NCBI RefSeq assembly: GCF_022045235.1
Contig: NW_027266271.1
Coordinates: forward strand, 30,752,001-30,816,000
Direction: 5' to 3'
Length of the DNA: 64,000 bases
From: Haliotis cracherodii
Lineage: Eukaryota
The position numbers and the translations under genes are program-made. Position 1 is the stretch's first letter. Every line of letters starts with the position of its first letter. Below, in pieces: positions 13,001 through 28,000 of the stretch. The notes below the pieces were generated by a model. It was not told the DNA's origin. It saw only the letters and a program-made list of their open reading frames with translations, and made no database searches.

Positions 13001-16000
13001 CATTTAACAGAACCCAGTGTGACCAGTGTGAAAGTGAGAACACATTTAACGGAACCCAGTGTGAAAGTGAGTACACATTTAACGGAACCCAGTGTGAAAG
13101 TGAGTACACATTTAACGGAACCCAGTGTGAAAGTGAGAACACGTTTAACGGAACCCAGTGTGAAAGTGAGTACACATTTATGTTAACGGAAGGGTGTAGA
13201 ATCTATAAACATTAAAAAGTTGAAACAAACTACTTTCTTTGGATTGCTTTTCCATTTTTGATATCCAAATATATGTTGCTTGGAAAGACATGTTGGAATG
13301 TGCTCATGATGTACAGCAGACAGTTGTTAGACGACATTACAGCTTCCCTAGCAGTCTGCTGACTCTTAGACGTGACAGACGTGTCAGACTTTGTCACTGA
13401 ATCTTGCAAGGAAAACTACTTTTTAGGTTGGTAATTCCTTTGAAGACATAACCTATTACGTCATAGACATCAATCCTATATTTCGGCTGTCCTAACACTG
13501 AAACATCTTAAGATTTTCAACAGACGCTCCTTGATTGCTAGCTCTCTAATAGCCTTGAGGAAGATAGTATTCTCAAGCCAACAGCATCTACGCATACATG
13601 AGGCAGGAAAACATCACTTTCTTATCTGTGCTAAAGTAAACAGGGATAGTCTTTACCCAGCTCACAGTTGGTTTGATCTTCACACTGTAATTTTTCATAA
13701 GGTTTTCACAGTTAATTCATTATAATTACTAGTAGTGCACTAGTAATCACCCCTCCATCGACTCCCGTACTGACCATGATGAACAAACTGTGGCTGTACT
13801 GAATTGCACCAGTGTTGTGGTTGTTTCTCACACTGTCGACCACGAGATTGTCTGGTCCAGCCATCACTTAACAGCTGTAGTCACAACTGTGTATAACTAA
13901 ATTATTGCATGATACCATGGTTACAGAGAAAATACCGGACAGGTTCCTGCTATACGCCAGCGCCCAGCAAGGAAGTGTACACGGCATTTCATTGGACCCA
14001 AGCATTGCGCACGACGTGATGGTACCCATCCAGAACCTCAACCGACCAATCGCATTGGCTCCCCATTCCTCGACGGGCATTGTGTACTTCTCCGATGTCA
14101 GCAAGATGCAAATACGGCGGCGGAATGTGGACAGTGAAGAAGAATCTGAACTTTTCCTGGATTCAGGTAAGTAACTGTGTTTGTCTCAATAATGTACCAA
14201 CTGTGCAGGGTTAGTAAAGACTGGAGCCAAGGATTATGGCAACTTAGTATCATTGCGATGGTAACTGTGGTGTTTGGTCATAATGGAGCCAAGACTTGTG
14301 GTGCTTAGCAACATTCCTGTTGCCATGGTAACTGTGGTGATTGGTCATAATGGAACCAAGACTTGTGGTGCTTAGCAACATTCCTGTTGCCATGGTTACT
14401 GTGGTGATTGGTCATAATGGAGCCAAGACTTGTGGTGCTTAGCAGCATTCCTGTTGCTATGGTTACTGTGGTGTTTGGTCATAATGGAGCCAAGCTCTAC
14501 AAATCTGTTTCCGTGCCCTGTGTTCCAGGAGTGACTCGGTGTGAGGGTCTGGCCATCGACTGGGTGGGCAGCAACCTGTACTGGACTGATGACGGCCACC
14601 AGTCAATCAACGTCGTCAGGCTCGACAACACCTCCATGGTCTACACCGTCGTCAACGGCACCAACCATCCACGGTCAATGGTCGTAGATCCAAATGAAGG
14701 GTAAGCATGAGTTATTTTACATCCTACATATGTGCTGTTGTCAATTCTGTCACTTCCAATGTAAAAGAGTTCAGCTGTTACCATTTGGAGGGATTATTTC
14801 TTTGTAAAATTACTTTGATTAGCTGACAAATGTAATCTGATCTTATTCCTTCCTAATTTTAATGTCACCTAACGGCATTTTCATTATTGGAGATCTACAT
14901 TATGTTACTATTTCATATTGTAGTATGAATATACTACTCAAAACAAGTTAAAGAACACCCAGCCCATGGAGATCTGGGGTAGAATAGGTCTTCAGCAACC
15001 CATGCTTGCCCTAACAGGCGACTATGCTTGTCGTAAGATGCTTTTAACAGGATCGGCTGGTCAGGCTCGCTGACTTGGTTGAAGCATGTCATCGTATCCC
15101 AATTGTGAGGATCGATGCTCATGATGTCAGTCACTGGATTGTCTTGTCCAGACTAGATTATTTACAGACCACCGTCATATAGCTGGAACATTGCTGAGTG
15201 CGGTTGTTAAACAACAAACAAACCATAAAGAACACCCAGAGTTGGAGACTATGTGTTGCAATATCCACCCTCCATAGCTATAGCCATTTGAAAGAAATTG
15301 GGAGTTTTGAGTATGTCTCTCATGTTATTATGACATAATGGAGACAAAACCTGACTGCTTCGTAACATACCTATTGCCATGGTTACTGTCCGGTGCTACT
15401 TTTGGCTGACTGACTCTAGATTATTGACATGTCACTGTGATCTGGCTGGAATGTTGCTGATTGCAGCGTAAACCTGCCAGCAAACATATTATTGATGTGA
15501 ATGTCATTATGTTTCTAACTTTCTAATGAATGTGACCTTCATCCTTGCAGCATGATGTACTGGATTGACCTCCTGTGGAGACACCCTGGCGACATTGTAG
15601 CTAAGATCGAACAGGCTGCGCTGGATGGCAGTGGCCGGAGAGACCTAGTTAACCAGACCATCAAGTGGCCGAACAGCCTCACTCTGGATACAGCCAATCA
15701 CAGGCTGTACTGGACCGACGCTTACTACGACAAGATCGAAAGTATCTTGACTAATGGGTCGGACAGACGGGTATGCATTATCACATTGTTATCATGTGTG
15801 GAACAATTCTGCTGTTGATGGAGTTCATGAGTCAGTGTATCCTAGAAGACTTTCACATATACTACTCCTAGGAAGTTAAAGAAAGCCCAATTCTTTCATA
15901 TGACCATAGTTAATCTGTAATGTCTTCCAATTGTGGGTGTTCTTTGACTTGTTTTGAGTGGTATGGTTAGTAATAGTTTTGGTAAGGTTTTATTTCGGTG

Positions 16001-19000
16001 ACACAATGGTGATGAAGCTGCAGTGTCTGGTTGCTTGAACAGCATCAGGTGGTACACAGCAGCGACATCTTCTCCTTTGTTCCTTTGTTAAAAGTCGCAA
16101 TGGGCAATCAGGGCACAGCTGTTCGCGTTATGTAGTTGGGTGGAGATTCCGGGTTCGGTCCCCAGCAGCCTATGCTGATCATAAGAGGAGGTGACCTGAT
16201 GGATCTGGTGGTCAGCCTTGGTGGCTTGAGGGATGGCATGTCTTCATATCCTGACAGTGTGCTCGCAATATCAATCACTAGCCAGACAAGATCATTTGCT
16301 GGAATATTGCTGACTGCAGCATTAAACAACAACCAAAAGTTACTTAGGCCTGCCAGAAACCAGTGATCATGAGTTCAAATCCTAGATTTGACCTGATTAT
16401 GTTTCTAGGTTTGTTACTGCCATACTCGTGCACGGGTATGGTGCTGACAAATTTAGAAACATAATCGGGATGAACCATGATTCAAACCTTTAATCATAGG
16501 TTTCTGGTATGTCCAAGGGATGCAACTCTGCACAGCGAATCACGGCGCCTTAGATGACTGGGCCACCCTTGCACCCCCCTCCACATTAAACACTGACATG
16601 CCGTGATATAACTGAAATACTGTTCCAAGCAGCAGTAAATGCAACTTGTTTACTCTTGTATTGTGCATCATTATCGGTGAACAGACGGAGCGAGATCTTG
16701 AGGGCGTCAGTCACAGCCATCCATACGGCATCGTCTTCTACAGCGACCACCTCTACTGGACAGAGTCCCTCAAGGGGTTGGTGGACACGTTCAATGAAAC
16801 AAGCAACTCTGTCGTCCATCTTCGCACTGACAGTTCCCCACTGTTTGACCTCGTGCTGTTTGACAGGAAGGCACAAACTGTTGATGGTAAGCGGAACAAA
16901 CCCAGATAACTCACTGCCCTTTAAGTTTGATGGTTCACAAAAATTGTGAGACCTCCAGTAATATCTTGTGAACGGAAGGTCCAGAGAACCATTACAAATA
17001 TTGTGTTATCCGTTATTTGATACAAACCAAAGGTAGACCACTGTGTCCCAAGGAATTTTAGAGAACTACAAAGTTAAAATGTCTTGAACAACATGTCAAA
17101 ACTAAGGAATTTCAGTTGACAAGTTTTCAATCAAGTATACAGTGGATTCTGTCAATTTCGGACTAAAAATTACAGTTGTTAATTACCATGTGAATTTCTA
17201 AATCAAGTAATCTAATTTCTAAATCCAGCTCTTTGAATTAAGGTTTTGGCCTCATACAGGTTCCCTAGTGTGTAGTTGGTAACAATCATTTGTGCTGAGA
17301 TGAGCAGCATGCTTGACTCACTGAGTGTGGACTGCGTGAAAGTCATTGGTGAACTACTTTGCCTACTTAACCTCACTCACTGTTTGTTTTTTGTTCCACA
17401 GGGGATAAACCATGTGCAATTGACAACGGAAACTGCAGCGACCTCTGCCTGTCCGTACCGGAGGGCAAGGTGTGTGCTTGTGCTAATGGCCGCACACTGA
17501 CTGACAACAAGCTGACGTGTGAAGGTAGGAGGCCATGCAGGGACAGACATTAGAAGATGTGTTGCTCATCTCTAAACTTCTGTGTAGTACCTTGTTTATA
17601 GGGGTCAATGGGGGTACATAGTATTAGGGGTCATTGGTGGAATTTTGAAAAGGTTTTTTTTACAAAACTTTACAATGACTTCTCCCTGGAACATGCCTAC
17701 ACATTTCTTAAGCCAGAAGGAGTTAATGGACTGTGTTTAACTTGCAGACATTCCTAACTACCAACTGCCACCGAAGTGTGACAAGAACTTCAAGTTCCAG
17801 TGCAAGGACGGCAGCTGCATCAACAACCAGTTCAAGTGTGACGGCAACTACGACTGCCCCGACCGGTCGGACGAGGATGTGGGGGAGGAGGGACCTTGCA
17901 GTATGTAGTCTGTGAATTCAGCTAGGAGTCAACACACAGCATTAAGTAGAATTTCCTCCTTGTAATCTCAGCTGTAGTCTGTGAATTCAGCTAGGAGTCC
18001 AAACACAGCATTAAGTAGAATTTCCTCCTTGTAATCTCAGCTGTAGTCTGTGAATTCAGCTAGGAGTCAACACACAGCATTAAGTAGAATTTCCTCCTTG
18101 TAATCTCAGCTGTAGTCTGTGAATTCAGCTAGGAGTCCAAACACAGCATTAAGTAGAATTTCCTCCTTGTAATCTCAGCTGTAGTCTGTGAATTCAGCTA
18201 GGAGTCAACACACAGCATTAAGTAGAATTTCCTCCTTGTAATCTCAGCTGTAGTCTGTGAATTCAGCTAGGAGTCAACACACAGCATTAAGTAGAATTTC
18301 CTCCTTGTAATCTCAGCTGTGAAAGTCCATATATTGACACTAAAATGACCTCTTGAAACTCTTGACTACCTAGACCTTCTGTGATGCCAAATAGTTTGCA
18401 GTGTTGTTCCAAGGGCTCTAGGGCTCCCTACCCTTTCAAAGAGGGGCACAGAAAGTAAAATTCTTTTCCGCTCGTTTACAACTCTTGTCAAATCTCCTGT
18501 GTGATAGTGAGATTATGTGTGTTTACTAGGTAACGTCACCTGCCCTGATGATATGTTCGCCTGTGGCAACAAGCGCTGCATCTACGCCCAGTTCGTGTGT
18601 GACGGCGAGCCGGACTGTATCGACGAGAGAGATGAACATGCCAATACCTGTAACAGCAGTAAGTACCAAACCATCAAGTCAGGCAGAGTTACGTATTGTC
18701 CATTGGACCGCCTCCGTGGTCTTGTGGTAGAGCGTCCGCCTGGAGAGAGGAAGGTCCGGGTTCGTTCCCCGGCCGCATCATACTAAAAGATGGTACGTGT
18801 TGTCAAGTCTTTATTTTGGCTACAAACTGGAACTGAATAAAACTGTTTAAACAGTAAACATTTTTGTCTTGTTCAATGAGGACCATCTTCAAACTGAGGA
18901 CAGTGAAATAAGGTATACGCTAGTCTTCTGGACTAGTTTTTCTATCAGTTTTATTCAGTTCCAATTGTAGCAAAATTGAAGTCTTGAGAACTTCTTCAGA

Positions 19001-22000
19001 TTGTAGCCCTAAAAATCTACCTTCATTGGATTTTTCCTTGTCCCCAGCACAGTTTAGTAGTCTCAGGCTAGTGGACAAGTCTGAATTTCAAAGGATGTAT
19101 ACTCAAGGGAAGAATGTTAAGACATTGTTTCTTGCCCTTCTGTGTTACGTGAGTCTGTGTGTTGTTTCCCCAGACCGCAAGTGTCCGGCCAACTACACTA
19201 TGTGCAAGGACTCGCACCGCTGCATCCCCGAGAGCTGGAGGTGTGACCACGACAATGACTGCGCAGACGGCTCGGACGAAGACGACTCGTGTGGTAAGAG
19301 TTAATTATCCACCGTCACTTATATTTGGCAATCATTGATCTTATGCATTATGTCCTATATGCACAGGCATGTCACAGACCTTTCTTCAGTGTATGGTGGC
19401 AATGGCTGCCTGTCTATGAATCGATTCTGTACAGACTGATGTGAAATGGCAGGAATGCGGGCAGGAATCTATGTTCACTTCATTCAAATGTTACGAAATA
19501 TATGCTGAGGGGTTTGTTGTTGAAGCAAAGCGTATGTTACCATGGTAACGTATGTTGTAGGTTACAACACCAGCTGCAGCTTTGACCAGATCCAGTGTCT
19601 GAGTGGGCGCTGCATCCCCTACATGTACCGCTGCGACAACGAGTACGACTGCAAAGACCACTCGGATGAGGTGAGTCCAGACCCGCGGAGCTACCCCATA
19701 CAGTCGTGGTGCACGTTGTTACATAGCATTCCTTGTGGCAATTCTCTGATAGAATAGGACTACCTGTGGACTACCTTTGCTTGTCATAAGAGGCGACTAA
19801 AATGGTTGTTTGTCCGACTTGGTGACTTGTTTGTTTATGTATCATGTACCCTGAAGTACCCTATAGTACCCTGTAGTACCCTGTAGTACCCTGAAGTACC
19901 CTGCAGTACCCTGAAGTACCCTGCAGTACCCTGCAGTACCCTGAAGTACCCTGCAGTACCCTGAAGTACCCTTAAGTACCCTGTAGTACCCTGAAGTACC
20001 CTGAAGTACCCTGTAGTACCCTGTAGTACCCTGTAGTACCCTGTAGTACCCTGAAGTACCCTGTAGTACCCTGTAGGTGTGATATTTTCCTCATATTCAC
20101 TGGTTCAGAATGCACTGGCTTTTTTCTGACCAGGGCATTAGAAAACAAATGTACAAACTTGTCTTGTGGTAGAGCATCTGCCGTCTGTCAGGGTTCGATC
20201 CCTGGCTGAATCATACCAAAAGACGTTAAAAGATAGTACTTAATGTTATCCTGCCTTGCACTTGGCATGAAGGCGCTAAATAGGATGGGTCAGCTTGGAG
20301 TCAGTATACTGTGTCTGAGTGGGGTATTCAAGTTAAAAGAAGCTGTATTATAACTGGAATAATTTTAAAAGCAGCATTAAACCCAACTCACTCACTCACT
20401 ATTCATGTTAAACTGCGGCATCGTATCTCAGTGGGCTAGCATTATAAAATCAGCATTAGTTAAGACTAGTACAAGCAGCCACACACACACACACATTCAT
20501 GCATGTTGCTATATAAATGCAATAATCTTGAACGAGACGTTAAACCCCATATTACCTCACCTCACCCACTGGGGCGGTCGGGTAGCCTAGTGGTTAAAGC
20601 GTTCAATCGTCACGCCAAAGACCCGGGTTTGATTCCCGACATGGGTACAATGTGTGAAGCACATTTCTGGTGTCCCCTGCCGTGACATTGCTGGAATATT
20701 GCTAAAAGCGGTGTAAAACCATACTCACTCACTCACTCACTCACTCACTCGCCTCACCCACTTGATATCATGTGTGGTGGTCGTCCACTGATCGGACAGG
20801 ATTGTTGGTCCAGGGATCGGCCTATGGTTTGCCTGATCTAGACCTAAACCCTCTCTGTATTCCACTGTTGGTATCCCCAGAATAACATGACTGCCATTGT
20901 GTGAAGTAACTCAACCCTAATTCAATAGTTCACAGGATTAGCTCATTTCAGCATGTTTGAATACGTCTACAAGAGCTGTCTGTACATGCATTAGAGTTTG
21001 ACCTTGGTTTGACCTTGTCAGTGGGACTGCAGCAACCGGTGTGACCTCAAGCGGGAGTTCAAGTGCACCAACAGCAGCGTCTGTCTCCCCCTCATCTACA
21101 AGTGCGACAACGAGTTCAACTGTGCAGACAAGTCAGACGAGATGGACTGTGGTATGGGTTATAAATCTCTCTCCAGCAAATACTTCATATCTCACATCCA
21201 TCAAACTATTCATGTCTCATATCCTTCAAATTATTCATATTACGAATCCATTACAGTATGATCTCGGTGTCTCTGTAACTACCGATCTGGTGTAGTCCTC
21301 TAAGGCGCAACAATTAGCTGTGCAGAGCTGTGTCCCATGATTGTGGCTTCCAATGTCGGTTTGCTCTGATTATATTGCTATGTTTGTCAACACTATATCC
21401 ATGCTTGTGCCCCCACATCAAGTTGACACACCTTGATATAAATACTCACTCACTCAACCACACACTCACTCACTCACTCACTCACTCACTCAACCACTCA
21501 CTCAACCACTCACTCAACCACTCACTCAACCACTCACTCACTCACTCAACCACTCACTCAACCACTCACTCACTCACTCAACCACTCACTCAACCACTCA
21601 CTCAACCACTCACTCAACCACTCACACACCCACTCAACCACTCACTCAACCACTCACTCAACCACTCACTCAACCACTCACTCAACCACTCACTCACTCA
21701 CTCACTCAACCACTCAATCACTCACTCAACCACTCACTCACTCACTCACTCACTCAACCACTCACTCACTCACTCACTCAACCACTCACTCACTCACTCA
21801 ACCACTCACTCAACCACTCACTCAACCACTCAACCACTCACTCAACCACTCACTCAACCACTCACTCACTCACTCAACCACTCAATCACTCACTCAACCA
21901 CTCACTCACTCACTCAACCACTCACTCAACCACTCACTCACTCAACCACTCAATCACTCACTCAACCACCCACTCACTCACTCAACCACTCACTCAACCA

Positions 22001-25000
22001 CTCACTCACTCAACCACTCAATCACTCACTCAACCACTCACTCAACCACTCACTCACTCAACCACTCAACCACTCACTCACTCACTCACTCAACCACTCA
22101 CTCAACCACTCACTCAACCACTCTCTCAACCACTCACTCAACCACTCACTCAATCACTCACTCAACCACTCTCAATCACTCACTCAACCACTCACTCAAC
22201 CACTCACTCACTCACTCACTCAACCACTCACTCAACCACTCACTCAACCACTCACTCAACCACTCAACCACTCACCTGCCCACTCACTCAGTGTGCTGTA
22301 TGTGCCGTTGTGTCTGCAGAGCACCCCGTGAGCCAGTGCCATGAGAGCGAGTTCCAGTGCAGCAGCGGCAGCTGCATCACCACCATCTGGCGCTGCGACG
22401 GCGACAAGGACTGCCAGGATGGGTCCGATGAGAAGGATTGCAGTGAGTACCTCAGGTCAACTCTTGCACCACGTGTGGCTTCATAGGGAGGCAATTGTTT
22501 TCATTGCATACAAATTTCAGAGTTCATACGGAAGCAGGTTGCATTCATTGAAAGTTGGTGTAACGCAACTTGTATTGTGAACTTCATTGCAAAAACGTTA
22601 TATGTAGAAAACTTCAGACCTCCATGCACTACTGAGGCATTTTATTTTTATTGTATTTTTCACAAGCAAACTTCCCGGTATCTGTATCCATCAATGGTCA
22701 ATCGATGTGAGTCCGATGAACCATGACTGTTTGGTAGAACTCCATGTTTTATGACTTTCATCAAGTAGTGAGATTATGCTACATCGTAGGGATATTCTTC
22801 ATTTGTCCGACAATAAAGTGATGTTAGGCGAGGTGTTTGGAAGTCGGCCAAGGATGATAATTTATTTGTCATGGCATCAAGTTTGTATTTTATTTCTACT
22901 TTGATCAGGTAAGGGCAACGTGACGTGTCACACAGCGGAGTTCAGGTGTGACGATGGAAGTCGCTGCATCCCCAAGTCGTGGAAGTGTGACATGGACGCC
23001 GACTGCAGCGACCAGTCTGATGAGAAACCTGACGAGTGCAGTGAGTATCAGTGTCAAGGTTGCCATGGCGACATTGTTACACAGTTTAACTCTTACATCG
23101 TCAAGATTGTTGAAAGTGCATTAACCCCTTGTATGAACATACTTCCATACAGAAAATCAGACAGCACCTTTGAAATGACTTTAAATCAGTTGGCTGTATA
23201 AGGGTGCCAGATGAACCGTGGTTCTAGTTAGGTTTTTCTCTGTCTTACAGCGTATCACAAAGCATGCGAAGCACCCAAGTTCAGTTGCCATGACAACAAT
23301 ACTTGCCTTCCATTGGAGAAGCTGTGTGACGACCACAGTGACTGCGCCGACGGCTCTGACGAGGGTCGCCTCTGTGGTAAGTCAGATGCTGTCCTTATTA
23401 ATGTCTTCAATCAACCGGTCAGAGGATTCTTGTTTTTCTTAAGACTAGTGGAGAGGAATCATAATTACACTAGTCCTCTGAGTTTACATCTTCTGTCAGT
23501 TTTATTCTGTGGCAACTTTTAGTAAAATTTAATCATCGAGGACAAATTGTGCTAGTTGGTAAGGAATCATTGGATTCTTACTTTTCCTCAACACAATTTA
23601 GTAGCCTCGAGTTTTCAAACTGGTGTGAATTTCAAAGGATGATTCCCTCCTCGAGTGGTTCTTATAATTACAAAATGCTTTATATCTAAATATGGCAAAA
23701 ATATTTATTGCAGACACTATTACTTATTGTTTATTTTATTTGGAAGTAGTCTGTGAAATGGCACAAATAATTACCATGCCATTAGTATGGAGGTACATAA
23801 CGCTCACGTTTTTTGTCACCAGGATACGACCTATGTATCAACAATGACTGCAGCCACCACTGCCACAAGAGCCCCAACGGCTACGTCTGCTACTGCCCTG
23901 ACAACATGAGACTCAGCGCCAACAACAGCACATGTGTCCGTCAGTATCGCCATCATCATTGTTATATAGCTTCATAGATTAGTGGGGCGGTCGGGTAGCC
24001 TAGTGGTTAAAGCGTTCGCTCGTCATGCCGAAGACCCGGGTTCGAATCCCGACATGCCGAATTTGTGAAGCCCATTCATGGTGTCCCCTGCGGTGATTTT
24101 GCTGAAATATTGCTAAAAGCGGCGTAAAACCAAACTCACTCATAGATTAGTCCAGTGCGTGTCCTACTACCATCTTCATCCTCATGGGTGTAACTAAAGT
24201 GGTAGTATTCTGCCTGTATCACTACAGGCTTTCCTCCCAAATAACTCCAACGCTCTGTGATGTGGCTGAAATACTGTAGCATCAACACACTCACTCACTC
24301 ATTGATGAGGCTACGGGGTCGATGTGCCTACTGCTCAGAGTAAGTGCTACATTAGGCTTCAAAAAATATAAGAATTGGTTCTCAGGCAATGACTTTTGAA
24401 AATATAGTGCGGGCGGGTGGTGTTTTTTTTTTTGCTTGTTCAAACTTGTGTATAACCAAATAAACAGTTGTGAACAATCAACCTGGGAAAGGCCTCCCTA
24501 AACAAGCACACACTTGCCGTCGTGACCATAACACAAGGTGCGCAGTAAAGCAGTGCCCATGTAAAGGGAAGTAACTGTGTTCTATATTGGATTGCATCGT
24601 TTTAAAGTATTAGGAATTTAAAAAAAATAAATAAAATGGAAATAAAAACGAAACGTGTGACTTTATAATGATGCGGGCGGTGCCTGAGAACCAAGACTAT
24701 TATTATTTTTAGCCTTATGTTTACCACCATAACCCGAGGTTATTCTTGGACACTCAAAAGGAAATCCTATTTGTCAGCCAGCAGTGTCAAGCTGATCTGA
24801 TGTAGCGAAGATATTTCTGTCTATACGTTGCTGTTCATGTGATATATCTGATGTAAATTGTAGCTAGTTTCTGGGAAGTCAGTTCAAGTATTCCGGTCAA
24901 TAGCTTATGACTCTGTAGGGATTCCGGGTTAGCCTTCGTCTCCAGCAACTGATGCTGGTCATCAGCGATGGCTCAATGGGCCATGTGGTCAGACTCAGTC

Positions 25001-28000
25001 ACTTGCTTGATTGCATGTACTGTTCCCTGACCACGTGGATCATTTGTGATGACAATATGAATCACTGGATTGTCTGGTCCAGACTAAATTATTTACAAGA
25101 CGCTTTTAGCGAGTCTTTTGGCACCACTGGTTTGATTTGCTCAAAGTTCAGGAATAGATCTGAACCCCACAATAATAACCAATTACTCCCCATTGCTATG
25201 TTTAACATTCTATGATCTCAAGCACACGGGATGGGGTTAGTGCTGATATCTGTCCCTGGACACAATAAACTGAATATTTCCTGAAGAACTTCATGGGAGT
25301 TGTGTATGACGTGAGGTGTCCTGTACCTTCAGCCCAGGACATCTGTGAGAGATGGGGGATCTGTAGCCAGAGCTGTTCCTCCACCCCGCTGGGACATCAG
25401 TGTCTCTGCCACCCCGGATACACCCTCGCCAACGACAGATACAGCTGCAAGCCCAATGGTAAGTACCCCTTCTTTCACCAAACCCTCACCTTGTGGTGTT
25501 GGTCTTAGTTTTCAAGTCTTATTGATCATCTGAGAGAGCACATTTGACAACTATTTTCATGATGTCCATGGTTCTCAACAAATGAGCAATCAATCAACGT
25601 ATTATCGGCTAATCCTTGGAACAAAGTATGTTGTTTTTACAACGGCACCTAATGCACAGTTATGGGTGTATTCCGTCTGCTTTAGTAAACCTACACATTT
25701 AATTTTGACAAATACACTGCGCAAGATAACCCATTTCACTGACCTTGACCTTGACTAGTTGAAGATGGCGATGTGAGTCCAATTGTTGGTGTCTGTGTTG
25801 AAGACAGTCGTGTGAATTATGTTGAAACCTTTCCCAGATTCTGTGCCCATCTACATCATCTACTCCAACCGCCACGAGATTCGGCGCTACGACCTCGGCA
25901 CCATGAACTACATCTCCCTTGTCTCTGGCCTCCGCAACACCATTGCCCTCGACTTCCACTACGCTGATAACGCCATCTTCTGGACCGATGTGGTTGATGA
26001 CAAAATCTACAGAGGCCAGATGATTTCCAACAGTAAGTGACTTCCTCCCCTCTATGTTGTAGCTACTGAGGGACTGAGTATTGGACAGTGTCCGGCCATG
26101 TATTGGACAGCCGACACACATCGTGGCTCAGGCTTTGAAACAATGGACCTCTCGAACCATATCCAGTTTGATGGTTGCTACTTATGTTTTGTGATGTAGT
26201 GTTTTTGCAGCTATCAAGAATATGGGTCGTGTAGCTCCTATATGTACAAATACAAGGGATGGTCAAGTCACATGATAGAGAGTAGCTAGTCACATGATAA
26301 GGAGTAGCCAGTCACATGATAGGCAGTGACCAGTCACATGATAGAGTAGCCAGTCACATGATAGAGAATAGCCAGTGACATGATAGAGTAGCCAGTCACA
26401 TGATAGAGAATAGCCAGTGACATGATAGAGTAGCCAGTCACATAATAAATTTGCCAGTCACATAATAAAGAGTAGCCAGTCACATGATAGAGAATAGCCA
26501 GTCACATGATAGAGTAGCCAGTCACATAATAAAGAGTAGCCAGTCACACGATAGAGAATAGCCCATCACATGATAGAGAGTAGCCAGTCACATGATAGAG
26601 AATAGCCCATTACATGATAGAGAGTAGCCCGTCACATGATAGAGAGTAACCAGTCACATGATAGGGAGTAGCCAATCACATGATAAAGTAGCCAGTCACA
26701 TGATAAAGTAGCCAGTCACATGATAGAGGAGAGTCATATGATACATCTGTGTCTGAGCCTTTGCTTCAGAATTATCTCATTGCTTTCAATTTGATAAATC
26801 ATCATTAATCTGTACTTTATTGTTAAAAACAGAGTTTATATTTTCACTGCAACCATAGATGCGGTAGAAATAAAGATGTTTTATATGTTATTTAATGCTT
26901 TTCTCAGGATAATGTTTTAAGTGTTCTAAAGCTTGGAATCCTTGTAATGAGAACCTCAGTGTTTCTGTGTAAGCCTTCCTTCTATAGGGAGTTACTGATG
27001 TTAAAATACTTTGTGTATTGAAAGCACATAGTGCTCATGCTGTAATTGTCGAAGCATTTCATTTCCATTCTGCATGCCCATTATGCCATGTTTGGTTGTT
27101 TTATTGGAAGCCTAGAATTGTGAAGTGTTTGCAGTATGTGATTTTGGCACACATTTCATAGACTGCACAATGTTTCTGTTTCAGCTTTAGTTGAGGTAGC
27201 CGACCAGTCTGAGTTACCATGTACGACATTTTTAGCATGAAATCTGCCAGTTTCAGTTTCCATGTCAACCTTTGGTGTGCCTCCTGCTCTCGAGCTCATG
27301 TGAAGGCCATCTCAGAGTGTTCACACATAATATTTCGCTATGGCCTCAGCAAATTGGTTATTTGTTCTCTTGAATACCATCCTCTTTGGAAAATTTTGAA
27401 AAGAAAGTATTGTTAGGGGTTGTCATGACGACCAGGTTGTAAAATGTACAGTAAAACCGTGTAATCCAGACGATTACTGTGTCTGATGAAATGATGCAGA
27501 CTAACTAGTTTCTTGACTAACAGGGTCCGGACTAATGACGGTTCACTGTAGTTTCTTACAAAAATCACAAAAACAAAACAATATTCAAAGTTTATCATTG
27601 ATATTCAGTTGGAATGATGTGTGCCTTTGACAAAGAAAAGAAAATATCCTCAAGAGAAATATTTCCAAACTTTATACCCATTATTGGAGAACAACAATTT
27701 GTTTTGTCCTTTTAAATTTAATTGTGAGATTGAAGTGTCTCATAATTAGACTTATTAGTTTCATTTTTCTTTTTGAAAGTTAAATTACTGGTAAATTCTG
27801 ATTTATATCTCAGGATGTTTTGTACTTGAGTTTGTTTCCAAGTCCTGTTTCCAGTGTTTGTTAAGCATTTGGAATATGCCAACAGAAACAAATATCTAAA
27901 TTATTATGTTATTATTTTTAATTCATACAGCCATTGAATTTTACAACTGTGTAGAACGATTTGAGATGGCCCCGAGTTGCCCAGGCACAAGCAATGACTC

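Noticed and set aside
21330-22331. 333-aa His/Ser/Thr/Leu ORF
   Set aside because: Translation of an (ACTC)n microsatellite.
23982-24060. tRNA gene (also 8617, 18705, 20570, 51435, 57130, 59195)
   Set aside because: The tRNA-like A/B boxes continue into shared SINE bodies and tails, the copies are diverged, and no clean cloverleaf with terminator is evident.
25699-26121. Minus-strand ORFs overlapping exons (also 11557, 16586, 41115, 50301, 60318)
   Set aside because: Antisense shadows of GC3-rich LRP1 exons with no independent domain signal.
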